Shown: in pieces, positions 28,147 to 38,203 of the stretch
How positions within the stretch are numbered: position 1 is the stretch's first letter
Layout: every line of letters begins with the position of its first letter
IMG/VR virus record: IMGVR_UViG_3300000243_000001
Reading direction: 5' to 3' (one strand)
DNA: 64,000 nucleotides
Source of the DNA: an uncultured virus (IMG/VR IMGVR_UViG_3300000243_000001)
Taxonomy: Duplodnaviria; Heunggongvirae; Uroviricota; Caudoviricetes
The notes under the pieces: model-generated
The model's input: the letters and a program-made list of their open reading frames with translations, nothing else
What the model was told of the DNA's origin: nothing
Databases searched by the model: none
Position numbers and translations under genes: made by a program

Positions 28147-28755
28147 TCATATGTCAATCATTTTCGAAGTTATTTTAGTGCCATGTGTATTCACCAATAT
28201 AGATATTACTCGTTCAATGAAATTCTCTAGATTTCCGTCAAACAGATCATAATAGAATGTCCACTTGAGTACCAGAGTATATAATTCTTCGTTACCGCTA
28301 ATGGTATACATTTTACGTATTGACTCTAATCGAGCTAACGTAACGTCCTTAAGTGTAGACTTAAAGCCAGCATAGTTCACCATAGGCAATTCTACAGGAT
28401 CTTTTAGATCCAATGCCAGTAACATTTTTGGAACAATAAAATTTAAAAGTTCAACAACAAAAAGTTCGTAAGTAAATTTACCAACTTTATCTACAGTGTT
28501 AGGGTCTACCACGATTGTTTCGATGTATGGGATCGTAATATAATTTGAATTAACATACATCAGTACGTCAGCTAAAGTAGAATTATCTAACTGACCATCA
28601 TCATCTAGTAGATTGTGATCCAAATCCTCTAAATCTTCAATTTGCCGTTCAACTATAATAGCTAGCGCTTGCTGAGCTTCAAAGTGATCGATATCGGCGA
28701 TATCTTGAAGATTGATGTTTGGGCTATGACTCTTCATTCCATGATCTTCACTCAT
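28147..28755 (-). CDS. Hypothetical protein
   Basis: ~202-aa acidic helical ORF. Confidence 0.7.
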   Translation of the reverse strand: MSEDHGMKSHSPNINLQDIADIDHFEAQQALAIIVERQIEDLEDLDHNLLDDDGQLDNSTLADVLMYVNSNYITIPYIETIVVDPNTVDKVGKFTYELFVVELLNFIVPKMLLALDLKDPVELPMVNYAGFKSTLKDVTLARLESIRKMYTISGNEELYTLVLKWTFYYDLFDGNLENFIERVISILVNTHGTKITSKMIDI

Positions 28756-28789
28756 AATCAATTAAAAAAAAGTTAAGAGTAAAAAAGCA

Positions 28790-28811
28790 GGATAGGAGTT
28801 TAACCCTATCC
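28790..28811 (-). terminator. Putative terminator
   Basis: GGATAGG/CCTATCC stem followed by GCTTTTTT on the minus strand. Confidence 0.6.
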
Positions 28812-28823
28812 CACTTTAAAGTA

Positions 28824-28834
28824 TATATCTATAT
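28824..28834 (-). promoter_or_regulatory. Candidate phage promoter motif ATATAGATATA
   Basis: Intergenic copy, but followed immediately by a terminator-like hairpin. Confidence 0.4.
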
Positions 28835-28840
28835 GAAAAC

Positions 28841-30304
28841 TTAAATAATCAAGTTGTCATCAGATACTGGCGAAAGACTTTCCATAACACTAATTGTCAC
28901 CAGACCAGTATTAACGAAAGTTAATGACCAGAGGCCATCACCAATCTGACCAATAGAAACCTTATATGAGTCACCCGGAACCTGTAGGAAAGAATAGGAT
29001 CTGAGTTTAAGGTCAGCATTGGTATCATCGATTTGATCTTTAATGTAGTCTTTAAAGCTATATACCGCTGTTTCTGGAATATATATTGCTTTAAGTTGAT
29101 TACCTTGCATTAATAGATCAATGTTTGCACTATCACTAGCCATTGTAGTGATAATCGACCTTACTTCTTTATCGATCTCAATAGTTTGACCAATAGGTAT
29201 TGCTGACGTAAGATCTGGTGGAGTAGCATCTTGTTCCAAAGCTTCAATTTGCTTAGGAAGATAGATACTCATATCACCATTAGTTACGATGTAACGCTGA
29301 TTGTTTTGATCGTCAATAAAATGAATATCTGCTTCACCTTTAATGTTCTTAAAGTATTTCAGATATTTTTTGGGATTCAAGATATGTAACGAAATAGCGT
29401 TATTTGCACTGTCAATGAGATTCGACAGATTCGCAGTAACAATAGCACTACCATTGTTGATTGATTGACAAATGTTAGAGTTATTAATAATAATAACGTT
29501 CTTCTCATTAAGTATTGAGAGGATCTTAACAAATGCATCAAACTTACCTGGGCTGATCTTACAAATGAGACTTTGACCAGGTTGCATTGGTGGTGCAAAC
29601 GCAGCAGTTGGATCAATATTCATTGCTGGTGTGGTGTTTTGAACAGTCTGAGCTACAGGTTGACCAACGGTGTTCTGTTGGATTACACCAGGTTGTTGAA
29701 CAGGTATTGCTTGTGGTTGTTGAATCTGTTGAGCCTGTTGCGGTTGGATCGGAACCTGTTGCTGTGGAACCTGTTGAACCGGTTGAACCGGTTGCTGTTG
29801 AACTTGTTGGAACGGTTGTGCCTGTGGTTGTCCAACTTGACCTGGTTGTACACCTGGGCCTGGTTGTTGGAAATTTTGAACAGGAACATTTTGTTCCAAA
29901 GGATTAGCAATCCCAGCTGGTCCTGCTACCCCTGGAAGTTGTGGTTGGGTAGGACCAGGAACAAACTGACCCTCTTGAGTTGCAATATTTGGTTGCATTT
30001 GTAGATTCGGATCAGTTGCTAATGGATTTGCGATAGGTGCAGTTGCCTGAGGTGGAGGCTGACTTAAATCAACCCCACCTTGAACAGGCTGTTGAATTAG
30101 TGGTTCATTACCCATAGCGATTGCAGTTGGATCATCTAATGGAATTGGTTGGGTTAATACGTTCACCGCTGGATCAGCCTGCGGTGAAACCAAAGAATTA
30201 TCAGATGGTGTAGTTACAATAGTCTGACCTAAGTTTGGTTGCTGTTGTTCTCCAACGATTCCAGCAAAGCTAGAACCTGGATCTTGATTTTGAGTTTCAG
30301 ACAT
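28841..30304 (-). CDS. Probable sliding clamp (gp45/PCNA-like) with long Q/P-rich N-terminal tail
   Basis: C-terminal ~245 aa has clamp-like size and opening (KISPGKFDAFVKILSILN...QSINNGSAIVTANL); a clamp loader is present in the window. Confidence 0.55.
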   Translation of the reverse strand: MSETQNQDPGSSFAGIVGEQQQPNLGQTIVTTPSDNSLVSPQADPAVNVLTQPIPLDDPTAIAMGNEPLIQQPVQGGVDLSQPPPQATAPIANPLATDPNLQMQPNIATQEGQFVPGPTQPQLPGVAGPAGIANPLEQNVPVQNFQQPGPGVQPGQVGQPQAQPFQQVQQQPVQPVQQVPQQQVPIQPQQAQQIQQPQAIPVQQPGVIQQNTVGQPVAQTVQNTTPAMNIDPTAAFAPPMQPGQSLICKISPGKFDAFVKILSILNEKNVIIINNSNICQSINNGSAIVTANLSNLIDSANNAISLHILNPKKYLKYFKNIKGEADIHFIDDQNNQRYIVTNGDMSIYLPKQIEALEQDATPPDLTSAIPIGQTIEIDKEVRSIITTMASDSANIDLLMQGNQLKAIYIPETAVYSFKDYIKDQIDDTNADLKLRSYSFLQVPGDSYKVSIGQIGDGLWSLTFVNTGLVTISVMESLSPVSDDNLII

Positions 30305-30318
30305 TATTACAATTCTCC

Positions 30319-30627
30319 TTACCACGTAATTGTTAGATTAACTTCAGTTGAGCTACTCTCAAATAAAGTTACAGATCGATCGTATTCCGTTGCGTGATCT
30401 CCAGTTTCAGTTTCAATAAAAATTACAATTTCTTTTGGAAGACGTTCATTGATCAATGTCAGAACATCATCTGCTGTGTATTCTTCATTCGAGAAAAATA
30501 CAAAATTGTGAATCCCACCGTTAACGTTGAAATTCACATCCAGTTTACACTCCGTTGCTACTGCTTCGCATAAATGCTTAACGAATTTCGATTTGAGTTC
30601 TTTAGAAATAGGTTTTACCTTTAGCAT
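30319..30627 (-). CDS. Hypothetical protein
   Basis: 102-aa ORF, AAGGA RBS. Confidence 0.65.
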   Translation of the reverse strand: MLKVKPISKELKSKFVKHLCEAVATECKLDVNFNVNGGIHNFVFFSNEEYTADDVLTLINERLPKEIVIFIETETGDHATEYDRSVTLFESSSTEVNLTITW

Positions 30628-30672
30628 ATCAGTTCCTTTATATCATTATATCTTTATAAGTTTGTCTCAAAA

Positions 30673-33600
30673 TCAAGTTACCTTCAATCCCATACCAATC
30701 ATATGAATATTGTGCATATTCTGAGTGGCAGAGTTACCAGTCTTAGCTGGAATCGAAGTGTTACCATTTTGAATAATATCAATAACAGCGAAACGTTTAC
30801 TGTTAAAATCATCGGATCTAATCGTCAATAACTCATTTAGCATATTAGGTGCATCGTATGATAATAAGTTGTAGATGTCTAGATTACCAATAGACTGTCC
30901 ACCTTGATTAGATCTACCTTTCTTAGGTTGTCCGGTTACAGAAACATAAGGACCAGTAGATCGTAAACTTTCATAATCAGAAGCTAATTGTTCCAAACGG
31001 TTGGTGTACATAATCCCAACTGGAATTTTAGTCTTAGTCCAAGTATCAGTTTCCGTTAAATATACATATTCATCTAATTCAATCTTTGCATGATCGGCAG
31101 CTTTACGAATCTGTTGCATCGGAATATTAACGAATGGTTCTATAATGAAATTAAACTTCATTTTGCCGTTCATTATAGCATTCTTAAATTTAATATCAGA
31201 CATAGAAGAAATCTTCTTAGACATCGATGTAACATATTTATTAGTAGATGTAGGATCTAGTATTTTATAAAGGTCCATTAAAAACTGTTTAATAGAACTA
31301 CTCGATACTCTGTTATCATTAAACTTAGCCTTAACTATATCCGGCATCATATGGAATAACTTACCTATATATACCTCTTTAATAAATGCTAAGTTCTTAC
31401 GACCTAAAACACTTATTGGTGATATAAAGATGTCTATATCCCCAAATGTTTCTGCTTTGCATTCATTTCCTTCATCAATTACCTTAGTTACAATACCTTT
31501 GGCACCGAATCTATTAGCTAGTTTATCACCAGTTACTAACGGCAAACTTTTCTTGATGAAGAATTTAACCTGGACACCATCGAATAACATACCGCGATGT
31601 TTATGGGTTGATACTCGAATTTGACTCATGTCTAAGTTATCAACTGCTTCAAGCTTCTCTTTTTCATTCTTGGCCAATGTAGAATATTTCTTCTGGCGAT
31701 CTTTAAGATCTTTAATTAATTTACGCCATACAGAAAGTAACATTGGATCAGCAGTCTTTTGATCGTTAACGAATATTTTGATTTGGGTTATTTCACCACC
31801 TGGAGATGTCAGTCTAATGTTGTCTCCAATTAGATCAAATATTGCATTCTCATCTTCGGATGTTTCTGCATCTAAAATAGCATACTGTTCAATATATTCA
31901 TCAAGATCGCCAGCATATGAAAATTCAACCAATACATCATTCTCTTCAGTAATTAAATCAACGTCCGATTTGATGTCATGGATCTTAGCTCCTGGTGGAA
32001 TGATTACACTTACTTCTTCAATAACTTCAGTTTGGATATCATTAGCCGTTTTATTACTGATTACATAACCATCTTCGTGAGAATATCCCAAATAGTTCAT
32101 AACGGCTACTTTTAGGTTCTTACCAGAGGCATATGCATCACCATTAAAGTTATCTGTCCAAGCAATCATCTCATCTTTCTTGAACTTGGTACCAGGCTCC
32201 ATTGTATTCATTCCCAATCGAATATGTGAAGCTCTTTTTGTTGTAGCTAAACGAGGTGTGATATCGATATAATCTTCATCACCATCATCATATTTGACAT
32301 GAATATAATTATTGTACTTAACATCAAGTACTTTACCATCTCTCTTACCCTTCTGAAGGAATCTCTTGGATGAGATTTGAGGGACAATAAACTCAGCTCC
32401 AGTTGCAACTAATGGTACATCTCCGTTTTTGATTGGTGATGCTTGAGCACGATGTGTATATGCCAAGATAGCACGAGTTGCGTCCATTTCATTAATAAAC
32501 GGTACTAATGATTCATCCAGAGAAACAAAATCCCAACCATTGGCTTTAGATATATCTTTGGTCCCATATGACCCATACTGGTTGGAAATAAGTGGATTCA
32601 ATGTCATATGGTTAGTGATACCAACGGGTGCATACTCACTAGTTGCATTGGCTCCAATATTACCATAGTACGAAGGATGGATATTACGATGCTCTTTCTT
32701 AATACTTCGAGTATTCGGTATCCCTCCAGGACCAGTTTTAATCAATTTGGTGGCCAGTTTAAGTTCATCTACTGGAGTATATGCTTGGATTGGTTCAACT
32801 ACAGCACCACCTCGTTTATTTGGATCTACACCCAATAAACAATCAATCACATAGTTTGGTTTCAAGAATATTTTAGATGAATCGTCGTTCTGATTCATAT
32901 TGTTCTTATATGTAGAGTGCGCCATCATAAGTTCACTATACAGTAAATTAAACATGATTTCAGCTTGACGACTTCGATATATCTTAAGATCAGTTAAACT
33001 ATCTGGTTGATCATTAAGTAATTTATCGACCATTTCATCAGCAATCAATCCAATCATAGTTGTTGGTTTATCTTGAAATTCCAAGAGATCTTTTGTAATT
33101 GGATCGATAATATTCTCTGCCGCATTATTAATCAATGCAACAGCTCGAGTACCTTCTTTGGTAGTTATGAAATCTACTATAGCTTCGGTATCATTAAGAT
33201 CTGTTTTTGCAAACTTAAACTTACGTTTATCGATCAATAATAATCCATTTGCAAGAAGTTCTTGTTTACGATTTGCAATCTCAATAACTAAAGTTTCATC
33301 ATCCCTTAAATCGAAATATAATGCATCTTTGAATGATACTGATGATTTCTCATCTTTAGTAATAATTGTATAGTTAAGATCTAATTTAACAAGAGCATTC
33401 AATAAACCAACCTGTTGCCACATATATATGATTATTGGAAGCTTAACACCGGATAGATGCATCTGGATATATGGAATAGATTTAGTGCTCTTGTTGAGAG
33501 TTTCTGCTGGATTGATTGCTTGAATTGCCAACAGTAACTTGTTATAGATGAATTCAGATATCCCGTTACCTAAAGGAACATCTGCAACATTTGAGTCTGA

Positions 33601-35361
33601 ATATTGTGCAATATAATGACCTTCTTTAATGTTAACTTGGCACGATTCATCTATATAAAATGGAGCTTCCAATAGATTGATCTTCATACCATTAGAGAAT
33701 TCAGCAGTTTTAATACGATTCTTATCTTGCTCCATACTAACAATCAATTCACCATATTTGATTGAAATATACTCGATAATCTTTTCCAGTTCAGATATGT
33801 TAAACTTCAGATTGTTAACCGTCAATGTCATCGTCGTATATGAAGTTAATAAACGACATTCATTCGGATGTGTCTTCGTTACAGGTGCAAAGGTCTGTTG
33901 ATTCGCTAGAATGTACTGCTTACCATTGAGCTTAAAGTAACGATCATTGACAAGAGCAGGTACTTTAACATTAACCACATAAGGTTTGTCATATCCACCC
34001 GCCAAGTTCTCAAGAGTTATTTCGTAATTAATAACTCGATTGAGATTATCGTCCTGATACTTGTGTTTGAAGCTAACGATCTTAATTGGTCGGTCTTTAC
34101 GATTCTCGAGTACTTTGAATAGAGTTTTAATGGTCTTATGAATGTTGTCAGAAAATTCATATTCCTGTCGAACTAAACCTGTAACCTTATCTAAACTAAC
34201 GATATCTGCTGGATCACACATGTAATCTTCTTTAAGATTCTTAATGTTGATCGCTTTGGAGTAAGTATTGACTTCTTCCAATTTAGATATCAATTTAGCT
34301 GGATTTGACTTATAATCTTCAGATACATCAGATGTACCGAATATGGTAAGATGTATTGCTTTGAAGATCTGTTCTTCAAGATCACTTTCATCAAACGTTT
34401 CATTCGATTTGATGTAGTTATCCAAAGCATTCTTAATATTGTCACCAATCGTTTTATCTTTAATCTTATACTTACGAAGGATCTTAGATAATTGGTTACG
34501 GTTAATTCGTATGACTGGTTGTACTGAACCTTTGTTAGATACATCAACAGTTTTGTCTAACTTGACTGAAGATATATCTTTTGTTAGTTTAGTTTGAGCT
34601 TCATCATCGTCTGATATGGATTTAACCGTTTTGATATTGGTGAGATCCTTAACAGCCACACTAAACTCTTTCTGTAACTTACGAATAAACTGGATGTTGG
34701 CATCATATGCAACGAGCTTACCCTTTGGATTATATCCCATAAGTGGTAAGACTAACGATTTATCGGCAAGTTTAACAGATGCCAATGTAAACCGATCAAA
34801 TGCTCTATAATTAACATTCAAATCATCTTTAGATACTGAAATCAACCTGGCCAAAACATCAATCAATGATATCTCTTCACTGGTTTTATTCAATCCAAAT
34901 ACGATAACATTCTCGTGAGTTGGAAATATACCTTTAATGTATTTGAATTCTTTAGATAACTGTTGATATAGAAAGGATAGACCACGCTTAACACTAGTTA
35001 GCTCCGAAATATACTGGGTGGCTTGACTTGTTAGTGTGTGATCCATGATTATAAATCGATTCTGTGGGATCGTTTTCGGTAACATGCGTTTAATCTTGAG
35101 GCTTGAACTATGTTCTTTATTGTTCTCGGCAACTTTGTCTTTCGATGCCAGGAATAATTTGCGACCATTGAACGATCTACTACCTAGTTTAAGTAGTTTA
35201 CCTTTAGTGATTAAAGCAAAGCAGTTATGTAATTCAATTCCAGAAGTATTGATTAATTCAGCAGTTGTAGATCCGAAGTCAGGAACGAAATGAACTATAG
35301 TTGGTTTGGTAAAAGTTAAACTTGTAACTTTTGAACTATAATTTAGTTGTTTTGAATTCAT
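30673..35361 (-). CDS. rpoB: DNA-directed RNA polymerase beta subunit with ~400-aa N-terminal extension
   Basis: YFKLNG, RNIHPSYYG, DATRA, GKNLKVAVM..GYSHED, GDKLANRFGAKG, TGPYVSVTGQP.KGR..QGGQSIG. Confidence 0.93.
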   Translation of the reverse strand: MNSKQLNYSSKVTSLTFTKPTIVHFVPDFGSTTAELINTSGIELHNCFALITKGKLLKLGSRSFNGRKLFLASKDKVAENNKEHSSSLKIKRMLPKTIPQNRFIIMDHTLTSQATQYISELTSVKRGLSFLYQQLSKEFKYIKGIFPTHENVIVFGLNKTSEEISLIDVLARLISVSKDDLNVNYRAFDRFTLASVKLADKSLVLPLMGYNPKGKLVAYDANIQFIRKLQKEFSVAVKDLTNIKTVKSISDDDEAQTKLTKDISSVKLDKTVDVSNKGSVQPVIRINRNQLSKILRKYKIKDKTIGDNIKNALDNYIKSNETFDESDLEEQIFKAIHLTIFGTSDVSEDYKSNPAKLISKLEEVNTYSKAINIKNLKEDYMCDPADIVSLDKVTGLVRQEYEFSDNIHKTIKTLFKVLENRKDRPIKIVSFKHKYQDDNLNRVINYEITLENLAGGYDKPYVVNVKVPALVNDRYFKLNGKQYILANQQTFAPVTKTHPNECRLLTSYTTMTLTVNNLKFNISELEKIIEYISIKYGELIVSMEQDKNRIKTAEFSNGMKINLLEAPFYIDESCQVNIKEGHYIAQYSDSNVADVPLGNGISEFIYNKLLLAIQAINPAETLNKSTKSIPYIQMHLSGVKLPIIIYMWQQVGLLNALVKLDLNYTIITKDEKSSVSFKDALYFDLRDDETLVIEIANRKQELLANGLLLIDKRKFKFAKTDLNDTEAIVDFITTKEGTRAVALINNAAENIIDPITKDLLEFQDKPTTMIGLIADEMVDKLLNDQPDSLTDLKIYRSRQAEIMFNLLYSELMMAHSTYKNNMNQNDDSSKIFLKPNYVIDCLLGVDPNKRGGAVVEPIQAYTPVDELKLATKLIKTGPGGIPNTRSIKKEHRNIHPSYYGNIGANATSEYAPVGITNHMTLNPLISNQYGSYGTKDISKANGWDFVSLDESLVPFINEMDATRAILAYTHRAQASPIKNGDVPLVATGAEFIVPQISSKRFLQKGKRDGKVLDVKYNNYIHVKYDDGDEDYIDITPRLATTKRASHIRLGMNTMEPGTKFKKDEMIAWTDNFNGDAYASGKNLKVAVMNYLGYSHEDGYVISNKTANDIQTEVIEEVSVIIPPGAKIHDIKSDVDLITEENDVLVEFSYAGDLDEYIEQYAILDAETSEDENAIFDLIGDNIRLTSPGGEITQIKIFVNDQKTADPMLLSVWRKLIKDLKDRQKKYSTLAKNEKEKLEAVDNLDMSQIRVSTHKHRGMLFDGVQVKFFIKKSLPLVTGDKLANRFGAKGIVTKVIDEGNECKAETFGDIDIFISPISVLGRKNLAFIKEVYIGKLFHMMPDIVKAKFNDNRVSSSSIKQFLMDLYKILDPTSTNKYVTSMSKKISSMSDIKFKNAIMNGKMKFNFIIEPFVNIPMQQIRKAADHAKIELDEYVYLTETDTWTKTKIPVGIMYTNRLEQLASDYESLRSTGPYVSVTGQPKKGRSNQGGQSIGNLDIYNLLSYDAPNMLNELLTIRSDDFNSKRFAVIDIIQNGNTSIPAKTGNSATQNMHNIHMIGMGLKVT

Positions 35362-35369
35362 TATATTCC

Positions 35370-36056
35370 TCAATCATCGTTGAAACCCAATACATCTCCA
35401 ATAATATCACCAAGGATTTTATTTTGTTCTTTTTTAGTCAATGGTTTATCAATGAGTTCTTCGGGTGTCGACTCGTTATTTTCGTTAACTGTATTTTTTT
35501 CAGTAGTTGATTGACTGTCATTATTTTTAATGACGTCAGGAAACCAGTCTGGCATCACAGCCAAAAAGTCTTTTTTCAGTATTTCATTGAATTTATAAAC
35601 GTAAAAGAACTCATTAACTCCATCATGATGCACATTTAAGGCAACTAAATAATGATGCCTCAGAACAATATTTGTCATCAATATTGGTATTTGATGGTGG
35701 TATTGTGCAATGAAGAAGGGTATGCGTTGCTCATCACTACGTTCATCCAATAATTTCTTTAACCATTTACGGAGATGGTTTTGATTCATTAATGTTGGTA
35801 TATTTTGAGCATAACCATTCTTACACTCAATTACAAAAGGAAATATGTGCCAAGGATATTTTGAGACATGTTTGGGTGTAATATCACCCATGTACACAAC
35901 CTTACGTGCACCTGAATCTTCATGTTTGTATAATATGGTATTATCATTAAACATCCACTTACTCAATCGCTTAGCTGTCTCTCTTTCGTATTTGTTTCCT
36001 TTCGATTTTTGATTAGTTGGTCGTTTCTTTTTTACAGGCTCAATTGGTGTCGTCAT
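35370..36056 (-). CDS. Holliday junction resolvase-like PD-(D/E)xK nuclease
   Basis: KGNKYERE, SGA, GDI and IECK motifs (Hjc-type layout). Confidence 0.75.
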   Translation of the reverse strand: MTTPIEPVKKKRPTNQKSKGNKYERETAKRLSKWMFNDNTILYKHEDSGARKVVYMGDITPKHVSKYPWHIFPFVIECKNGYAQNIPTLMNQNHLRKWLKKLLDERSDEQRIPFFIAQYHHQIPILMTNIVLRHHYLVALNVHHDGVNEFFYVYKFNEILKKDFLAVMPDWFPDVIKNNDSQSTTEKNTVNENNESTPEELIDKPLTKKEQNKILGDIIGDVLGFNDD

Positions 36057-36064
36057 ACAGTAAC

Positions 36065-36277
36065 CTATTTAATAAACTTACTTTTGGGTTTACGTTTACG
36101 ATTACAATAACCACAATCTTTAACTTTTCCAGAATTCAGTTTCCGAGTAGACAATTTGATATTCTTACCACACCGACATATACAGTGCCAATATGTGGTA
36201 CTAGTTTCAGATGTAGCTTCCCCAGTTACAGATAACTTACCGATTGTCTCTCCAGTAAAGTCTATTTTCTTAGCCAT
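36065..36277 (-). CDS. Stand-alone Cys-rich domain of the type found N-terminal in HNH/AP2 homing endonucleases
   Basis: DFTGETIGKLSV...WHCICRCG...LNSG..KDCG; no nuclease domain follows. Confidence 0.65.
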   Translation of the reverse strand: MAKKIDFTGETIGKLSVTGEATSETSTTYWHCICRCGKNIKLSTRKLNSGKVKDCGYCNRKRKPKSKFIK

Positions 36278-36446
36278 TTCTATTCCTCAAGATAGGTGAG
36301 TCCATCGACATCTCGTTCTGATTGAGGTATTTTCGCATCCTCATCATCTTTTTTCTTCTTTTTCTTTTTCTTCTCTGGTGGAGTATCATGACCACCTTTC
36401 AATACAACTCTTGTTATATCAATTACTACTTTTTCTTCAGACATGA

Positions 36447-37109
36447 CTATAACCTCTTGAAATCTTCTTGGATTACATTTTCAATTGGATTTTGTTCAGC
36501 TTCTTTACCTTGAACTAACCCTTGAGTAATCGCTTTGTCGATATATTGGAAGGCTAGTGCTGACATCCAGCTATCTTGGAATGGTTGATTCTTTTGTCCA
36601 ATAATAACTGCATTGTTATATGACCCTTTAATTCGACATCGTTCAGCAAGATTATTCTCACGACGAAACATATTCGATATAATAAGTTCGATATGGACTA
36701 AATCAACAGTTGGTATAATATCATATATCATGTTGATTAAAGTCTTTGGGTCATTAACATATTTGACATTACCGTGCAGTAATCGAGTCAATAAGCCAAT
36801 GTCCGTTTGGACATCAACATACTCTTTATCGATAACTGTATCACCTTTGTCATATTTGATTGTTGTTATTTTACGGTTCTTCTCAGACTTTTGGGTTTTA
36901 TGTAAGTTGACTGAGAATGTTACTGCGAATTGAACGGTCGTATCTTTCGATGGTACATAAAAGTCAAGTATACCAGGTAATGATATCGTGTCAGATTGTT
37001 CGATAAATGAACGCTCATCATAATCTCGTTCATTAATTATAATCTCACATGGTATTTTACATACGATCTTACTTTTCTGTATATCGAATACATCATCGAG
37101 TTGTAACAT
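36447..37109 (-). CDS. rpoC: RNA polymerase beta' subunit, C-terminal fragment
   Basis: VHIELIISNMFR and SWMSALAFQ....ITQGLVQGK...IENVI match beta' KHIEVIVRQMLR and SFISAASFQ...KENVI. Confidence 0.8.
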   Translation of the reverse strand: MLQLDDVFDIQKSKIVCKIPCEIIINERDYDERSFIEQSDTISLPGILDFYVPSKDTTVQFAVTFSVNLHKTQKSEKNRKITTIKYDKGDTVIDKEYVDVQTDIGLLTRLLHGNVKYVNDPKTLINMIYDIIPTVDLVHIELIISNMFRRENNLAERCRIKGSYNNAVIIGQKNQPFQDSWMSALAFQYIDKAITQGLVQGKEAEQNPIENVIQEDFKRL

Positions 37110-37122
37110 AAATCACCTATGA

Positions 37123-37158
37123 TTTGGGTGATCGGACGTAATGGTTCGATCACCCAAA
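37123..37158. terminator. Intergenic hairpin (terminator or RNA-stability element)
   Basis: TTTGGGTGATCG/CGATCACCCAAA perfect 12-bp stem; weak U-tract. Confidence 0.55.
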
Positions 37159-37161
37159 CGT

Positions 37162-37938
37162 TTAGATTAAACCTTCATCTTTAAGTTCTTTGATTTCGGC
37201 TACAGTATATCCGGATTCTTTAAGAGTTACTAATTGACCTAAAGACAGTGTACGGTGTATTGGTTCTGCAATTAATTCAGTTGTTACCGCTGGATATGCA
37301 ACATGTTTCATTTGCTCGTCAATGATTGATTTAACCAGACCAGGGAGTCCGTTATGAACTATCTCAAGTTCACCGGTGACAATAGATTTAACTGCATCTA
37401 CACCAATTGGAGTTGGTGCCATTGATGCACCATCGATATTTGCTTTTTTGAAATCTTGATTCAAAACATGAAGTGACTTTTCAATCGACTCAATCTTTTC
37501 CAGAAGTGAAGCTAAATCACGATTCATTTCATCGGCATCGAAGTTTTCTGAAACTTTGGTACCTTCCGAGACAAGTTGATTGATATTCTGTTCAATTTGT
37601 TGTCTGAAGTCTTGAAGATCTTTAAGTTCAACACATTGAGCAATCTTATCACTCATATTATCAACAACACGATTAACGTTGTTGAATGAATTTCCCATCA
37701 GTTCTTCTATCTTCTTGGTGAGAAATGTAACTGTCTCTTTATCTTTAGCTATATCAAAAGGTACAGGTTCGATTTCAAACGTTTCAAGTCGTTGATCGAT
37801 CAGTGTATCAAATAGTTCTTTAGGTACAGCAGTATGCGAATTTCCAGCCAAGTGAATATATTGACCATTATGTTCATATATCTGGTTCTGAAATTGCTCA
37901 GGATATACGTATGCTTCTGCTTCTTCATCACGAATCAT
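37162..37938 (-). CDS. Coiled-coil hypothetical protein
   Basis: Start moved to MIRDEE directly after the upstream stop; heptad-rich centre. Confidence 0.65.
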   Translation of the reverse strand: MIRDEEAEAYVYPEQFQNQIYEHNGQYIHLAGNSHTAVPKELFDTLIDQRLETFEIEPVPFDIAKDKETVTFLTKKIEELMGNSFNNVNRVVDNMSDKIAQCVELKDLQDFRQQIEQNINQLVSEGTKVSENFDADEMNRDLASLLEKIESIEKSLHVLNQDFKKANIDGASMAPTPIGVDAVKSIVTGELEIVHNGLPGLVKSIIDEQMKHVAYPAVTTELIAEPIHRTLSLGQLVTLKESGYTVAEIKELKDEGLI

Positions 37939-37939
37939 T

Positions 37940-38203
37940 TCAGGAAGGGCTACTAATTTTCGGATCGGTTTCGATTCCATGCGTTTCACCAAGTGTGGAT
38001 TTTTGAATGTCAGTTTTGTCCGCAATTTCACTGCTAATATAGTCGATCGGTTCAACTTGGCACAATAAATCTTCTAATCCATGTTGTACTTTCCATTGAT
38101 TGAAGTAGTTAACACCAAATATTTGATCATCAGTTATGAATAACGGTTTCGTTTCTAGTTGCTTGTTGATCGTTTTCACTAAAAATAGTTTAGGTTTAAT
38201 CAT
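37940..38203 (-). CDS. Hypothetical protein
   Basis: 87-aa ORF with ATGA overlap to the beta' middle gene. Confidence 0.6.
   Translation of the reverse strand: MIKPKLFLVKTINKQLETKPLFITDDQIFGVNYFNQWKVQHGLEDLLCQVEPIDYISSEIADKTDIQKSTLGETHGIETDPKISSPS

Noticed and set aside
29377..30004. Several overlapping ORFs on both strands
   Set aside because: Shadows of the Q/P-rich tail of 28841..30304
36065..36277. Active homing endonuclease
   Set aside because: Only the Cys-rich N-terminal domain is present; no nuclease domain follows
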